DNA from: Bifidobacteriaceae bacterium
GTDB lineage: Bacteria > Actinomycetota > Actinomycetes > Actinomycetales > WQXJ01
Length of the DNA stretch: 64,000 bases
Reading direction: 5' to 3'
Assembly: GCA_031267825.1 (NCBI GenBank)
Contig: JAIRYJ010000033.1
Span: forward strand, 32,519-96,518
Shown here: piece after piece, positions 1 through 9,824 of the stretch
How the letters are laid out: each line of letters opens with the position of its first letter
Numbering within the stretch: the stretch's first letter is position 1
Notes under the pieces: model-generated
What the model was told of the DNA's origin: nothing
Seen by the model: the letters and a program-made list of their open reading frames with translations, nothing else
Databases searched by the model: none
Position numbers and translations under genes: made by a program

Positions 1-120
1 GGATAACCAGCGGCCAAAGTGGCGCTCGGCGGATAGTCACTCGCCAAGCTGCCGCTCGGCGGATAATCACCCGCCAGGGAACGGCTCGACGGGTAGCGGG
101 CCGGTGGCGTTCCGGCCGGT
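1..120. repeat. 30-bp tandem repeat, about 4 units (ggataRtcacYcgcca...gctcggc)
   Basis: Units at 1-30, 31-60, 61-90 and a degenerate 91-120. On the minus strand they encode ...YPSSRSLAGDYPPSGSLASDYPPSATLAAGYP, a 10-aa periodic repeat. Confidence 0.7.
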
Positions 121-1442
121 ATAGCGCCGGCTACGGCACGTCGCGGGCCGTCAGTCCAGTCGGCGGCTGATCCAGTGAGTGGCACCACTGGAAGGGCCGA
201 ACCGGGCTGTCCAGCACCCGGCGCCCGTGGCACTGGCACGGCCCCAGTAACCGGATGACGGCCGGGACGGCCGGTTGGCGCGATCCCGCGCGAAACGGGG
301 AAGGCACTATCGCCGCTGCGAACAGCGCCAGCCGTCCGCGGCAACGCGGCCGAAACTGGCCTCGACGGCGGGTACAGGTCACACCGTCGGGGTGGATCGC
401 CGGTTTCAGCGCCATCTGGTCGGCCTTGTCGCAGGCGGCGCTCCGACCGGCTCAGAACAGGCTCAGATTCGGCAACCGCCTGCTGTCCGGCTGTGGCTTG
501 CGCTGGTGTGGCGGCGGGAGGTTTGCCTTGGAGCGGTCCATCTGGTCCGCTGATCCAAGCGCCCGCGTCACCGGCCGGTCGGCGCGAGCGCCGCGACTGC
601 TTCGCCCGGCCAGTCACCGTGGGACCTGGCACCGCTGGGTCAACAACTCCCGCACGGGACGGAGCCGCAGCCACCGGACCGGCACCCGCCAGGCCAGCGC
701 CAGGCGACACTGGCCTGGCAGAACCGACAATCGACACCCCGGCACTGGGCGGGCCAGCAGCGAGTTGTGTTCCGCTGGCGGACGCCACACCAGGCGTGCC
801 ATCGCCAGCCAAACCGACCCCAGCCAAACCAGCCCCAGCCGCCCCTGAGCCCGGTACTGACGGGCTGGCCATTTCGGACGTGGCCCGGGCAGCGGCCAGT
901 GCTTCGGCTGAGACCACCGGAGGTGCCAGGCGGGTCGGCGGGCGTGGCCCGAGAGGCAAACTCCCGGAGGCGCCTCCGGCCGACGGGCGGCCGGTCTCAG
1001 GCAGCGGACGGGCTGGTGGGCGTGGGCCCAGAGGCAAACTCCCTGAGGCAGCGGCTTCGGCCGACGGGCGGGCGGTCTCAGGCAGCGGGCGGCCAGTCTC
1101 ACCTGGCAGAAGACCGTCTGGTCCCAAGGCGGCGGCCGCTGGCGAACCGGGCAGAACAGCGCCACCGCCGACCCTACCAGCGTCTCGGCGGGATCCCCGC
1201 CCAGCCGATGGCTGACTTCCCGCGACCTGGCTCACGCCAGACGCGGCCCGTCCTGAAGGCGGAACAGTCGCTGGCCGCCCTACCGGGCTTGTGCCACCCA
1301 ACTCGGATGAACCGGCCGGTGCACTCAAACCGGCGGTCGCCAAAGGCGTTAACTGTTGACGCGCGCCGGGCGGAGTAGCCGACTGGACGGCATCGGGCAA
1401 ATGAGGAGCCGCACCCTGAACAAACCAATCGGCCGATTCCAT
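1..1442 (-). CDS. Partial CDS (3' end beyond left edge): long Gly/Ala/Pro/Ser-rich low-complexity protein ending in 10-aa tandem repeats
   Basis: Minus-strand frame whose plus-strand triplets start at multiples of 3 has no stop from position 1 to beyond 1600 (>530 codons by my manual read). It is absent from the ORF track because it has no stop inside the window. First ATG in this frame is at 1442-1440 (MESADWFVQGAAPHL...). Co-directional with nadD. All six frames are unusually open here, so start and reality are uncertain. Confidence 0.4.
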   Translation of the reverse strand, partial: MESADWFVQGAAPHLPDAVQSATPPGARQQLTPLATAGLSAPAGSSELGGTSPVGRPATVPPSGRAASGVSQVAGSQPSAGRGSRRDAGRVGGGAVLPGSPAAAALGPDGLLPGETGRPLPETARPSAEAAASGSLPLGPRPPARPLPETGRPSAGGASGSLPLGPRPPTRLAPPVVSAEALAAARATSEMASPSVPGSGAAGAGLAGVGLAGDGTPGVASASGTQLAAGPPSAGVSIVGSARPVSPGAGLAGAGPVAAAPSRAGVVDPAVPGPTVTGRAKQSRRSRRPAGDAGAWISGPDGPLQGKPPAATPAQATAGQQAVAESEPVLSRSERRLRQGRPDGAETGDPPRRCDLYPPSRPVSAALPRTAGAVRSGDSAFPVSRGIAPTGRPGRHPVTGAVPVPRAPGAGQPGSALPVVPLTGSAADWTDGPRRAVAGAIPAGTPPARYPSSRSLAGDYPPSGSLASDYPPSATLAAGY

Positions 1443-1597
1443 CTTCGCCACTGTTGCGGCCCAAGCCGCCGAAGCCGAACTGGACGAACCTGAACCAGGC
1501 GAAGTCGAACCGGCCTGACCAGCGGACAAGGCGGGCGAACCAGACGGGCTAGCAGCGCGGCCAGACCGCGCCGCGGACCGGCGGCTGGGAATCTCCG

Positions 1598-2206
1598 TCA
1601 CTGCGTTCCACTCCTGTAAAGGCCAAACTTGGCGATGTACTGGACCACCCCGTCAGGTACCAGGTACCAAATGGGGCGGCCATCGGCGGCCCTGCGCCTT
1701 ATATCGGTCGAGGATATAGCCAATGCTGGGACTTCGAGCAATGACACGTCATTAGGCGGCAATCCGCAGGCGTGAAGTGTGTGGCCTGGCCGGGTAACAC
1801 CAACGAAATGCGCCAAATCAAACAGTGCGCCTGGTTCTTTCCAAGCCAAGATCTCCCCCATAGCGTCGGCGCCAGTAATAAAGAACAACTCCGCGTTTGG
1901 ATATTCCTGTGTTAGGTCACGCAATGTGTCAATCGTGTAAGTCGGCCCAGGACGGTCGATGTCGACCCGGCTGACAGTAAAACTCGGATTCGACGCGGTG
2001 GCGATTACCGTCATCAAATAGCGGTGTTCGGCCGCGCTAACACCTTCAGCGTTCTTGAAAACAGGCTGGCCAGTCGGCACAAAAATAACCTCGGAAAGAT
2101 CGAATTCGCGGGCCGCTTCACTGGCGGCGACCAAGTGGCCGTGATGTACCGGGTCGAATGTCCCGCCCATCACGCCGACGCGCCGACGCACGGACGAATC
2201 CGGCAT
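1598..2206 (-). CDS. nadD: Nicotinate-nucleotide adenylyltransferase
   Basis: 202 aa. N-terminal [12 protein letters not shown] nucleotidyltransferase motif and ISSTDIRRR near the C-terminus. Lies downstream of proA, as in other actinobacteria. Confidence 0.9.
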   Translation of the reverse strand: MPDSSVRRRVGVMGGTFDPVHHGHLVAASEAAREFDLSEVIFVPTGQPVFKNAEGVSAAEHRYLMTVIATASNPSFTVSRVDIDRPGPTYTIDTLRDLTQEYPNAELFFITGADAMGEILAWKEPGALFDLAHFVGVTRPGHTLHACGLPPNDVSLLEVPALAISSTDIRRRAADGRPIWYLVPDGVVQYIAKFGLYRSGTQ

Positions 2207-2313
2207 ACAACCTCCTTGGCAAGTCTGACTGGCCCGCTTTTGGGCTCAAGTCTCTCACTAAACCATCCAGCCTTGGCGAATCATCGACGGCAAGCCTCGA
2301 TCTGGCAGGAGCC

Positions 2314-2434
2314 ACAAGTCAGCCTCAAGTCATCCTCAAGTCAGCCACAAGTCAGTCTCAGATTAGTCTCAGATTGGTCTGAAACTGACCTCAAGTCAGC
2401 CACAGATTGGCCTGAGATTAGCCTGAGCCGACCT
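2314..2434. repeat. Array of eleven contiguous 11-bp direct repeat units (consensus about tcaaGTCAGcc / tcaGATTaGyc)
   Basis: Manual phasing gives units starting at 2314, 2325, 2336, 2347, 2358, 2369, 2380, 2391, 2402, 2413 and 2424. The 11-bp period is not a multiple of 3, so it is non-coding. It fills the proA-nadD spacer. Confidence 0.8.
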
Positions 2435-2450
2435 ATCGACAGGCCGTTCG

Positions 2451-3731
2451 CTAGGTTCTGACCTGGCCTTGGCCCCAGCAGATCCATTTTGTCGTGGTCA
2501 ACTCTGCCAGGCCCATTGGACCGCGGGCATGAAGTTTCTGAGTGGAAATGCCAACTTCGGCACCTAAACCGAACTGGCCGCCATCCGTGAAACGGGTTGA
2601 AACGTTAACCATTACCGCTGCCGCGTCAACCCGGTCAGTGAACCGCTGCGCCCGGGCCAGGTCCGCTGTGCAGATCACCTCAGTGTGGCCTGAACTGTGC
2701 CGTTGGATGTGTTCGATGGCCGCGTCCAGCCCGTCAACCACACCAACTGCCATCTCTAGGGCCAGGTATTCGGTGTCCCAATCGGCTGAAACGGCTGGAA
2801 GCCAATCAACCCCAGCCGGCGCTAAGGCGCCAGCTCGTTCGTCAAGGTGCAGTTTGACTGACTGGCTGGCCAAGGCGGCCAGTATCTGAGGCAGGAAGCT
2901 GTCCGCGACGGCCTGATCAACTAGCAGCGTTTCAGCCGCGTTGCAGACCGAAGGCCGCTGCGTCTTGGAATTAAGGACTATCTGGCTGGCCTGGACCAGA
3001 TCAGCGCTGGCATCAACGTAAACATGGCAGTTGCCGACCCCGGTCTCAATCACTGGAACTTGAGCTTCAGTCACAACGGCTTGGATCAGGCCCGCGCCAC
3101 CGCGCGGAACTAACAGGTCAACTAGGCCACGGGCCCGCATCAGGGCTTGGACGCCGGCCCGGCCCTCAGAATCGATTGTTTGGATGACGTCAACTGGTAG
3201 GCCGACTTGCCCGGCGGCTTGGCGTAGAACTTCAACGATGGCGTGGTTGGTGCGTTGGGCGGCCGAACCACCGCGCAAAATCACCGCGTTACCGGATTTC
3301 AAAGCCAGACCAGCGGTTTCGGCTGTGACGTTGGGCCGAGCTTCATAGATCACGCCAATAACCCCTAGCGGTACGCGAATCTGGCGTAGCCGGATACCGT
3401 TCGGCAGGGTTGTGCCACGCACCAGTTGACCCACTGGGTCATCCTGGCCAACCAGGTCCCGGAGTGATTCAACAATCCCAATGATCCGTTCTGGGGTTAG
3501 CGCCAGGCGGTCTAGCAGAGCCGAGCTGAGGCCGTTTTCTTGGCCTAGTTCTAGGTCAACTCGGTTTTCTTGGACTATCAAGTCGGCCGCTGCGATCAGC
3601 CCGTCAGCCATCGCCAGGAGAGCTTGATTCTTGATGGTGCTGGAGGCCGCGGCCAGTTGGCGGGCGGCTTGCCGGGCCCGCCCGGCGGTCAAGTGGACGG
3701 CCTCGGTGACGGCCGGATCGATTTGACTCAT
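2451..3731 (-). CDS. proA: Gamma-glutamyl phosphate reductase
   Basis: 426 aa. Aldehyde-dehydrogenase-like ProA sequence (VIYEARPNVT, RPSVCNAAETLLV, STRFTDGGQFG). Confidence 0.95.
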   Translation of the reverse strand: MSQIDPAVTEAVHLTAGRARQAARQLAAASSTIKNQALLAMADGLIAAADLIVQENRVDLELGQENGLSSALLDRLALTPERIIGIVESLRDLVGQDDPVGQLVRGTTLPNGIRLRQIRVPLGVIGVIYEARPNVTAETAGLALKSGNAVILRGGSAAQRTNHAIVEVLRQAAGQVGLPVDVIQTIDSEGRAGVQALMRARGLVDLLVPRGGAGLIQAVVTEAQVPVIETGVGNCHVYVDASADLVQASQIVLNSKTQRPSVCNAAETLLVDQAVADSFLPQILAALASQSVKLHLDERAGALAPAGVDWLPAVSADWDTEYLALEMAVGVVDGLDAAIEHIQRHSSGHTEVICTADLARAQRFTDRVDAAAVMVNVSTRFTDGGQFGLGAEVGISTQKLHARGPMGLAELTTTKWICWGQGQVRT

Positions 3732-3799
3732 CGGTCCAGACTATCGCCAGCCGTCTTCCAGCCAGCCAGGCCTCGTCCCAGATCAGGCCGCGTCCCCGA

Positions 3800-4948
3800 T
3801 CAGGCCGGACGGCGTGACCTGGCTTGAGTCACCAGCTCATCGCGGTGAACCGCCGGACGGGCCCCACCTGGGCCAAGCAACTGACCCATTTCCGCCTCAC
3901 TCAAACCCATCACCCGGATCATCTCAGCCGTCCCAAATCCGGCCAAGCCGCGCGCCACCACTGTTCCGTCAGCCAACCGGATAGCCACCGGGTCACCCGC
4001 CTCGAAATCACCTTCAACAGCCACTACCCCAACCGCCAAAAGCGATCTCTTACCGTCGGTGATGGCATGGGCGGCGCCGTCGTCCACTACCAAGGCTCCA
4101 CGCATCGTGGCGGCGTAACCCAGCCACATCCGCCGGGCCGTCAAACGCCGCCCGGTGGCCTGGAAGAAGGTCCCCACATCCGGCTCACCAGCCAGGCTGG
4201 GCCCGGCTTGGGCCGCGCTGGCCAGCAAAACAGGAATCCCGGACGATGACGCCATAGCCGCCGCCTGCACCTTAGCGACCATCCCGCCAGTCCCTAAAGC
4301 TGATGTCCGGCCGGTCACCTCCATGGCTTCTACCTGGTCAAAGGCTGTCACTTCGGTGATCCGGCGGGAACCGGGACGGCCTGGCGGCGCCGAGTAAAGA
4401 CCGTCAACATCGGTCAGGAGCACCAAGCCGTCAGCCCGCACCAAGTGCGCCACCAAGGCGGCCAGCCGGTCGTTGTCGCCGAATCTGATCTCGTCCGTGG
4501 CGACGGCATCGTTCTCATTGATAACTGGTGTGATGCCGCGATGCAGCAGCTCTCCTAGAACCCGCAGCGCGTTACGGTAACGCGGCCGTTGGATGATATC
4601 CGCCGGGGTCAGCAGAACTTGCCCAACACCGCGCCCGTAAACCGCGAAAGCCGCGCTGTAAGCCGCCATCAGCCGTCCCTGCCCAACCGAGGCGGCGGCT
4701 TGGGCTTGAGCCAGCGTCTTAGGCCGCCCCTTGAGCCCGAGTGGTTCCAGCCCAGCGGCTTGGGCACCAGAAGACACCAGCACCACCTCATGCCCGTCAG
4801 CGGCGTACCGTACGATGCCGTCCACTAGGGTTTCCAGCCGCCTGCGGCTTAGTTGGCCGTCGTCTCCGACCAGCGCTGATGACCCGATCTTGATGACCAG
4901 CCGTTTACGGCCAACCATTTCAAGGCGGCTGGTGGCTGGTTGCGTCAT
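3800..4948 (-). CDS. proB: Glutamate 5-kinase
   Basis: 382 aa. Amino-acid kinase N-terminus ([31 protein letters not shown]) plus a PUA-like C-terminus. Its start overlaps the obg stop by 4 nt. Confidence 0.95.
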   Translation of the reverse strand: MTQPATSRLEMVGRKRLVIKIGSSALVGDDGQLSRRRLETLVDGIVRYAADGHEVVLVSSGAQAAGLEPLGLKGRPKTLAQAQAAASVGQGRLMAAYSAAFAVYGRGVGQVLLTPADIIQRPRYRNALRVLGELLHRGITPVINENDAVATDEIRFGDNDRLAALVAHLVRADGLVLLTDVDGLYSAPPGRPGSRRITEVTAFDQVEAMEVTGRTSALGTGGMVAKVQAAAMASSSGIPVLLASAAQAGPSLAGEPDVGTFFQATGRRLTARRMWLGYAATMRGALVVDDGAAHAITDGKRSLLAVGVVAVEGDFEAGDPVAIRLADGTVVARGLAGFGTAEMIRVMGLSEAEMGQLLGPGGARPAVHRDELVTQARSRRPA

Positions 4949-6474
4949 TCTTCCCCCGGGTCAGTCCATTGGCCTTGTTGGCGTTCTGTCCACAGTTCTG
5001 TCCGGGCACGGCTTTTCGCATCCATCAGGGCGCGGTAGTCACGGCGGCGTTCCTGGTTGGACCGGCGCCCTGTTTGACTCAGCCGGGCATCACTGCCGCG
5101 CGGGCCAGCCAACAGTTCGCTGCCAGTTGTCATGGCTGGCTCCCAGTCAAACACCAAGCCGCCTTCCGGCGGCCCGATCACCACTTCATCACCAGCCACG
5201 GCTCCGGCCCGGGCCAGAGCGTCTTCAACTCCGGCCTTCGCTAGGCGGTCAGCCAGGTAGCCGACGGCCTCATCGTTGGTGAAATCGGTTTGAGCCACCC
5301 AACGTTCCACTGTGCGGCCACGCACCAGGAAGAACACACCGCTAGCGGGTTCCATCCGCTGGACTGTGAATCCCGGCGTGATGGGTTGACGGGGTGTTAG
5401 AACGATTCGCTGACGGGTCGCATCAGCCGCTAAACGGGCCCGTGAACGTCCTTCAATGACTTGTTTGGCTAGCTCAAAGCCGAGCGTCCGCAGACCTAAA
5501 TGAGTCACCGCACTGACTTCAAGGACCGGCCAGCCGGTCGCTTCGAGGCTGGGACGGGCCAAGTCAGCTAGTTCTTTGCCGTCTGGCAGGTCAATCTTGT
5601 TCAACACAATGACCCGCGGCCGGTCCATCAGCGGCTGGGCCGCGCCAGTCAGACCTAAATCTTCGGAGTATTGGCTCAGTTCGTTTTCAAGTGCTTGGTA
5701 GTCGCTGAGCGGGTCGCGGCCTGGTTCTAAAGTGGCGCAGTCAATCACATGGCAGATCACCGCGGTGCGTTCAATGTGGCGCAGGAAATCCAAGCCGAGT
5801 CCTTTGCCTTGCGCCGCGCCCGGGATCAGGCCAGGAACGTCCGCCATTGTGAAGCGGACTTGTCCGGCCTGAATCACACCCAAGTTGGGGATCAGAGTGG
5901 TGAACGGGTAGTCGGCGATCTTCGGCCGGGCGGCGGACATGGCCGCGATGAGTGATGATTTACCGGCTGACGGGAATCCGACTAAAGCCACATCAGCGAT
6001 GGTTTTCAGTTCCAGGATGACGTTAGTTTCTTCACCTGGTTCACCGAGCAGGGCGAAGCCTGGTGCTTTACGTTTAGCTGAGGCCAGTGCGGCGTTGCCT
6101 AGGCCGCCGCGTCCTCCGGCAGCGGCCACGAACCGCGTACCTGGACCGATCAGATCAGCTATGACGTCGCCATCGTCGGTTTTTATGACTGTGCCGTCCG
6201 GCACTTTCAGGATCTGATCTGATCCGTTGGCGCCTTCACGGTTCGATCCTTGACCGGCGGCTCCGTCGCCGGCTTTCCGGTGCGGTCCGTGATGGAACGC
6301 GAGCAGCGTTGTGACCTGCGGATCTACTTCAAAAATGATTGATCCGCCGTTACCACCGTTACCACCATCAGGACCGTCCAGCGGCTTGAATTTCTGACGC
6401 CGGATCGAGGCGCACCCGTTGCCGCCTTTACCGGCGGTCAGATGTAAGCGAACCTGATCAACGAATCCGGCCAC
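4945..6474 (-). CDS. obg: GTPase Obg/CgtA
   Basis: 509 aa. Begins [20 protein letters not shown] with a Gly-rich Obg fold. G1 motif is GFPSAGKSS, and DVPGLIPGA is present. An actinobacterial C-terminal extension is also present. Confidence 0.95.
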   Translation of the reverse strand: MAGFVDQVRLHLTAGKGGNGCASIRRQKFKPLDGPDGGNGGNGGSIIFEVDPQVTTLLAFHHGPHRKAGDGAAGQGSNREGANGSDQILKVPDGTVIKTDDGDVIADLIGPGTRFVAAAGGRGGLGNAALASAKRKAPGFALLGEPGEETNVILELKTIADVALVGFPSAGKSSLIAAMSAARPKIADYPFTTLIPNLGVIQAGQVRFTMADVPGLIPGAAQGKGLGLDFLRHIERTAVICHVIDCATLEPGRDPLSDYQALENELSQYSEDLGLTGAAQPLMDRPRVIVLNKIDLPDGKELADLARPSLEATGWPVLEVSAVTHLGLRTLGFELAKQVIEGRSRARLAADATRQRIVLTPRQPITPGFTVQRMEPASGVFFLVRGRTVERWVAQTDFTNDEAVGYLADRLAKAGVEDALARAGAVAGDEVVIGPPEGGLVFDWEPAMTTGSELLAGPRGSDARLSQTGRRSNQERRRDYRALMDAKSRARTELWTERQQGQWTDPGEE

Positions 6475-6680
6475 TGCTTAGTCTCCCCTGGTCGCCTCAA
6501 CTGGTAAGTCTCAGGCTAACCCTCGCCGGGCGGGCCTGGCTGGTGCTCGGAGCCTGTAGTGCGACAGGCTCCTGACTCACCCCCACTTTCCTGATCCTCC
6601 GCGTTTCCGCTGGTTAAACTATACGTTGACCTGCGTCAACACGGCCGGTGGTGTTATTCAACACCCGCCTATGCCTCTGA

Positions 6681-6938
6681 CTAGTCAGCCTGGTCAACCA
6701 CGTCAACGACGCGGCGGCCTTTGCGCGCGCCAAACTTGACATGGCCGTCAGCTAAAGCGAACAAAGTGTCGTCACCACCTCGTCCTACACCGTTACCAGG
6801 GTGGAAATGTGTCCCATGTTGACGCACGATTATCTGGCCGGCTTTGACCCGCTGGCCGCCGAATAACTTGACACCCAAGCGCTGGGCATTGGAATCGCGG
6901 CCGTTCCTGGAACTGGATGCGCCTTTCTTATGTGCCAT
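6681..6938 (-). CDS. rpmA: 50S ribosomal protein L27
   Basis: 85 aa. [24 protein letters not shown]... is the canonical L27 N-terminus. Confidence 0.95.
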   Translation of the reverse strand: MAHKKGASSSRNGRDSNAQRLGVKLFGGQRVKAGQIIVRQHGTHFHPGNGVGRGGDDTLFALADGHVKFGARKGRRVVDVVDQAD

Positions 6939-7030
6939 CTTGGCCTCGGCTCCTTACTGCTGCTGGCTCCCGGCGTTACGGCCGGTGCCCGTGGTGCTAC
7001 TGGTGGTACTGCTGGTATTGGCTGTGTGGT

Positions 7031-7339
7031 TTATTCGATCCCGGTCACTTTGACCCGGGTCAGATCTTGGCGGTGACCCTGGCGACGGTGCTGACCGGAC
7101 TTGTTCTTGTAGGTGTAGATGTTGATTTTGGGTCCACGTTCATGGCCCAACACCTCAGCGGTGACCTTGACTTTGGCGAGCGCCTTAGGCGAACTGGTTA
7201 CTTTGTCGCCGTCGATCAACAGCAGGGCGGGCAGGACAATGGCCGTACCGGCGGTTTCTGGGCGGCGGTCAAGCACAACCTCATCGCCGACGCTGACCTT
7301 TTCTTGCCGACCGCCGGCTCTAACTATCGCGTACACCAC
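7031..7339 (-). CDS. rplU: 50S ribosomal protein L21
   Basis: 102 aa containing (M)VYAIVRAGGRQEKV. Two consecutive GTG codons at 7339 and 7336; the second would give the usual MYAIV start. GGAG lies 7-8 nt upstream. Confidence 0.95.
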   Translation of the reverse strand: MVYAIVRAGGRQEKVSVGDEVVLDRRPETAGTAIVLPALLLIDGDKVTSSPKALAKVKVTAEVLGHERGPKINIYTYKNKSGQHRRQGHRQDLTRVKVTGIE

Positions 7340-7360
7340 TTTGACTGCTCCATCTTTTGC

Positions 7361-7381
7361 GGCGCGCGCCTAGCGCGCGCC
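7361..7381 (-). other. GC-only hairpin in the rplU 5' leader (9-bp stem, 3-nt loop)
   Basis: GGCGCGCGC-cta-GCGCGCGCC, about 22 nt upstream of the rplU start. No U-tract in terminator orientation on either strand. Confidence 0.4.
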
Positions 7382-7640
7382 GGACCTACTAAAGAAGACT
7401 GGTTTGCGGCGCCCATGACCCCAGACAGGGAAAAGCCCAGCGCAGGCGCACCGACCCCTTAGACTACGGGCCGCCCGGCACGGTGGTCAAACTGACGGCG
7501 TGCTTGACACACTTTGAGCGCGAAGGTCAAGCTGAGGGCGTTGTGGGTGGCGCGAGCTGGGCCAGACAACGCTGGCTGGGCCAGACAACGCGGGCCAAAC
7601 GGGCGGCATCGTCCAAACGGCGGCCTTGGGGCTGTCCTCG

Positions 7641-8450
7641 TCACGGCTTCCAATAGCCGACAAAAGTGATGCGGGACTTGGGCAGGCCTTGCCGCCGCCA
7701 GATCCGTCTGGCACCGGCGGCCAGCGCCGAAACACCGACAGCGAAACCGTAGGCTTCCGGATCGGCTGGTGGGGCCCCCTCTAACCAGGCCAGTGCGGCC
7801 GCTCCCGGAGCCTGCCCGGGCGCGGGATGAACCCAACTGATCGCCAGCCCGGCTGGAACCCGCAGGCTTACCGAATCGTCTGGTGTGGGCACTTCGAGGA
7901 TCGCCGTGCCGCGAACACTGGACGGCAAGCTGGCAGTGATGCCGCGTAAGGCCGGTAACCCGGTGGCGTCGGATACCAGATGGACCGAGTCCGCGCCGTC
8001 CGGCCGGTCGAACATGATCCCTTGGTCGAGCAGTCCGGCAGGCCAGCCGGGCTCTACCCCGACAGCCCAGATCGCCACCCGGCCCGCCAACTGTCCGGCC
8101 GCGTCGCGGTGCAGCACCACATCGATATCTAGCTCGCTCTGGTCTCCGGCCGGGCGGAAGTCCGCCACTGTGTAGTTGGCGCAGTGCGGACGGCTGGCCT
8201 TCGGTATGGCCAGGTAGGAGCGCCACCAGGAGCGGCCTTTGACGGTTGGTAAGACCAGCCCTTGGCCCGCGGTGAGGGGTATGAACAGGCGGAACCAGTG
8301 ATCAAAACCAATCCATTGGAAACCGGACAGCTCTGGGCCTGTCAAGGTGACGCGTTGGAAGGATTCTGAAATCCGCTCTGACCGGGCAACGCTGGCCCTA
8401 AAGAGGCGAGGAGAGGTTGGCATCAGCCGGGAAGGGGCACCCATGGCCAA
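7641..8450 (-). CDS. Siderophore-interacting protein (FAD-binding ferric-siderophore reductase family)
   Basis: 269 aa. RVTLTGPELSGF...GFDHWFRLF...YTVADFRP followed by a SIP-type C-terminal half (VGYWK). The track start is TTG at 8450, with alternative ATGs at 8444 and 8423. Confidence 0.75.
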   Translation of the reverse strand: MAMGAPSRLMPTSPRLFRASVARSERISESFQRVTLTGPELSGFQWIGFDHWFRLFIPLTAGQGLVLPTVKGRSWWRSYLAIPKASRPHCANYTVADFRPAGDQSELDIDVVLHRDAAGQLAGRVAIWAVGVEPGWPAGLLDQGIMFDRPDGADSVHLVSDATGLPALRGITASLPSSVRGTAILEVPTPDDSVSLRVPAGLAISWVHPAPGQAPGAAALAWLEGAPPADPEAYGFAVGVSALAAGARRIWRRQGLPKSRITFVGYWKP

Positions 8451-8463
8451 CAGCTTAGCCCAA

Positions 8464-8482
8464 TAAGGTAAGGCTACCCTTA
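8464..8482. promoter_or_regulatory. Candidate DtxR/IdeR-type iron box
   Basis: TAAGGTAAGGCTACCCTTA matches the IdeR consensus TTAGGTTAGGCTAACCTAA at 15 of 19 positions by my count. It lies 14 bp upstream of the siderophore-interacting protein start. Confidence 0.55.
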
Positions 8483-8534
8483 GCTATCCGCCCGGGGTCC
8501 TTGATCGGCTCGCCATCGGTAAGACGCGACGGGG

Positions 8535-8600
8535 CATTCCGGGCCTGAGGTCAGACCATTCCGGGTCTGAGGTCAGGCCATGCCGGGTCTGAGGTCGGGA
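8535..8600. repeat. 22-bp tandem repeat x3 (cattccgggYctgaggtcagRc)
   Basis: Units at 8535-8556, 8557-8578 and 8579-8600, in the divergent SIP/LacI intergenic region. Confidence 0.8.
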
Positions 8601-8727
8601 AGTCGACCGAGTGGCCGTTTTGACCCCACTGGGTCAAGTTCCCGACCACCAAGTACTAACTCAGTCATGCCACCTGAACCACGCCCCTTGAAGCCCGCGC
8701 GACCAAATCATCCACCAAGTCACCGCC

Positions 8728-9822
8728 TTGACTACTATCCTGGGCAGCGTGCCAGATCCGAAGCACCGCCCACCAGTCTTGGGCGATGTCGCCCGCGAGG
8801 CAGGCGTGTCAGTGCCGACAGTTTCGCGGGTATTGACCGGTTCAACACCGGTCAGTCCAGCTAAGCGCGAGGCTGTCCACCGTGCGATCGAACGGCTCGG
8901 TTACCGGCCCAACGCGGCTGCCCGCGCCTTAGTGTCTGGCCGACGCTCGATGATCGCTGTACTAGCGGGCCGTACCAGTGACCGTGGTTCGGCCGGAACC
9001 ATCCAAGGGATTGTCGACGTCGCCCGGGGGGCCGACTTTAACGTGGTCATCACGGTTGTCGAAGATGACCAGCCATCTCACGTCAAGGCGGCCGTTGATC
9101 TAGCTTTGTCTCAGCCGGTGGCGGGCGCGATTGTGCTTGAGTTTGACCGGCCAGGCATCGCCGCTCTCAAAGCTCTGCCCGCCTCGCTTCCGGTGGTGGT
9201 GGCAGGTGCCACCCCGACCACGCCACGTGATGTCCCGGTGGCCTCGCTTAACGCCCGCCAGGCGGCTTTTGAAGCGACCCAGTATTTGCTTAGCCTGGGA
9301 CATCCGACAGTTCACCACATTGGCCGGCCGGCCTCTTCCGGCCCGGCCGGGCGTTCGCTCGGTTGGCGGGAAGCTGTTGTTAGCGCCGGGCTGGAGCCTT
9401 ACGCCTACCTTCAGGACCGGGACGATCCAGCGGCCGGGTTCGAGGCGGCCGCTGCCTTGCTGCGTGATCACCCGGATATGACCGCCTTGTTTTGCGCCAA
9501 TGATGATCTAGCTTTCGGTGCGATGCGCCGTCTGCAGGACGCCGGCCGACGGATCCCCCAAGACATCTCAGTGCTCGGCTTTGAGGGCACCGCGCCGGGT
9601 GAGTTCTGGAACCCGGCGTTGTCCACTGTGCTGCTGGACTTCGAGATCATTGGCCGTGGCGCTGCCCGGTTGTTGTTTGATCTGCTTGATACCGGCACCT
9701 GCCAAATGACTGACACAGCCACTCCTGAATTGTTGATCCGGGCATCAACCGGCCCGCCGCCGGGCCCCCGGGCCACCCCTGGCACCTACCCCGCATCCCC
9801 GGACCTGGCGGCACCGAGCTAG
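8728..9822 (+). CDS. LacI-family transcriptional regulator
   Basis: 364 aa. N-terminal HTH (LGDVAREAGVSVPTVSRVLTG...VSPAKREAVHRAIERLGYRPNAAARAL) plus a periplasmic-binding-protein-like sugar-binding core. Confidence 0.9.
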   Translation: MTTILGSVPDPKHRPPVLGDVAREAGVSVPTVSRVLTGSTPVSPAKREAVHRAIERLGYRPNAAARALVSGRRSMIAVLAGRTSDRGSAGTIQGIVDVARGADFNVVITVVEDDQPSHVKAAVDLALSQPVAGAIVLEFDRPGIAALKALPASLPVVVAGATPTTPRDVPVASLNARQAAFEATQYLLSLGHPTVHHIGRPASSGPAGRSLGWREAVVSAGLEPYAYLQDRDDPAAGFEAAAALLRDHPDMTALFCANDDLAFGAMRRLQDAGRRIPQDISVLGFEGTAPGEFWNPALSTVLLDFEIIGRGAARLLFDLLDTGTCQMTDTATPELLIRASTGPPPGPRATPGTYPASPDLAAPS

Positions 9823-9824
9823 TC

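Noticed and set aside
255-1464. Track ORFs 255-848(+), 275-553(+), 493-1215(+), 767-1378(+), 614-1165(-), 1174-1464(-) and 131-415(-)
   Set aside because: They overlap one another in a roughly 70% GC low-complexity stretch where all six frames are open. The only frame without any stop across the whole 1.6 kb is the minus-strand frame reported as a partial CDS. The 493-1215 product (PAKPTPAKPAP..., GRGPRGKLPEA repeats) looks protein-like and remains the main alternative. I could not support two overlapping genes.
7361-7381. GC hairpin upstream of rplU as a transcription terminator
   Set aside because: The T-run lies on the wrong side for either strand: TTTT precedes the hairpin on the plus strand and AAAA follows it on the minus strand. 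I therefore list it only as a 5'-leader structure.
7459-8226. 255-aa minus-strand ORF, and other ORFs at 7487-7735, 7885-8175 and 8129-8311
   Set aside because: These are out-of-frame or antisense overlaps of the siderophore-interacting protein gene. Their Arg/Gly/Pro-rich translations are typical of wrong-frame reads of GC-rich coding DNA.
8535-8600. CRISPR-like appearance of short direct repeats (also at 43525-43578 and 2314-2434)
   Set aside because: The units are contiguous with no spacers, are only 11-22 bp long, and no cas genes are present. They are tandem repeats, not CRISPR arrays.
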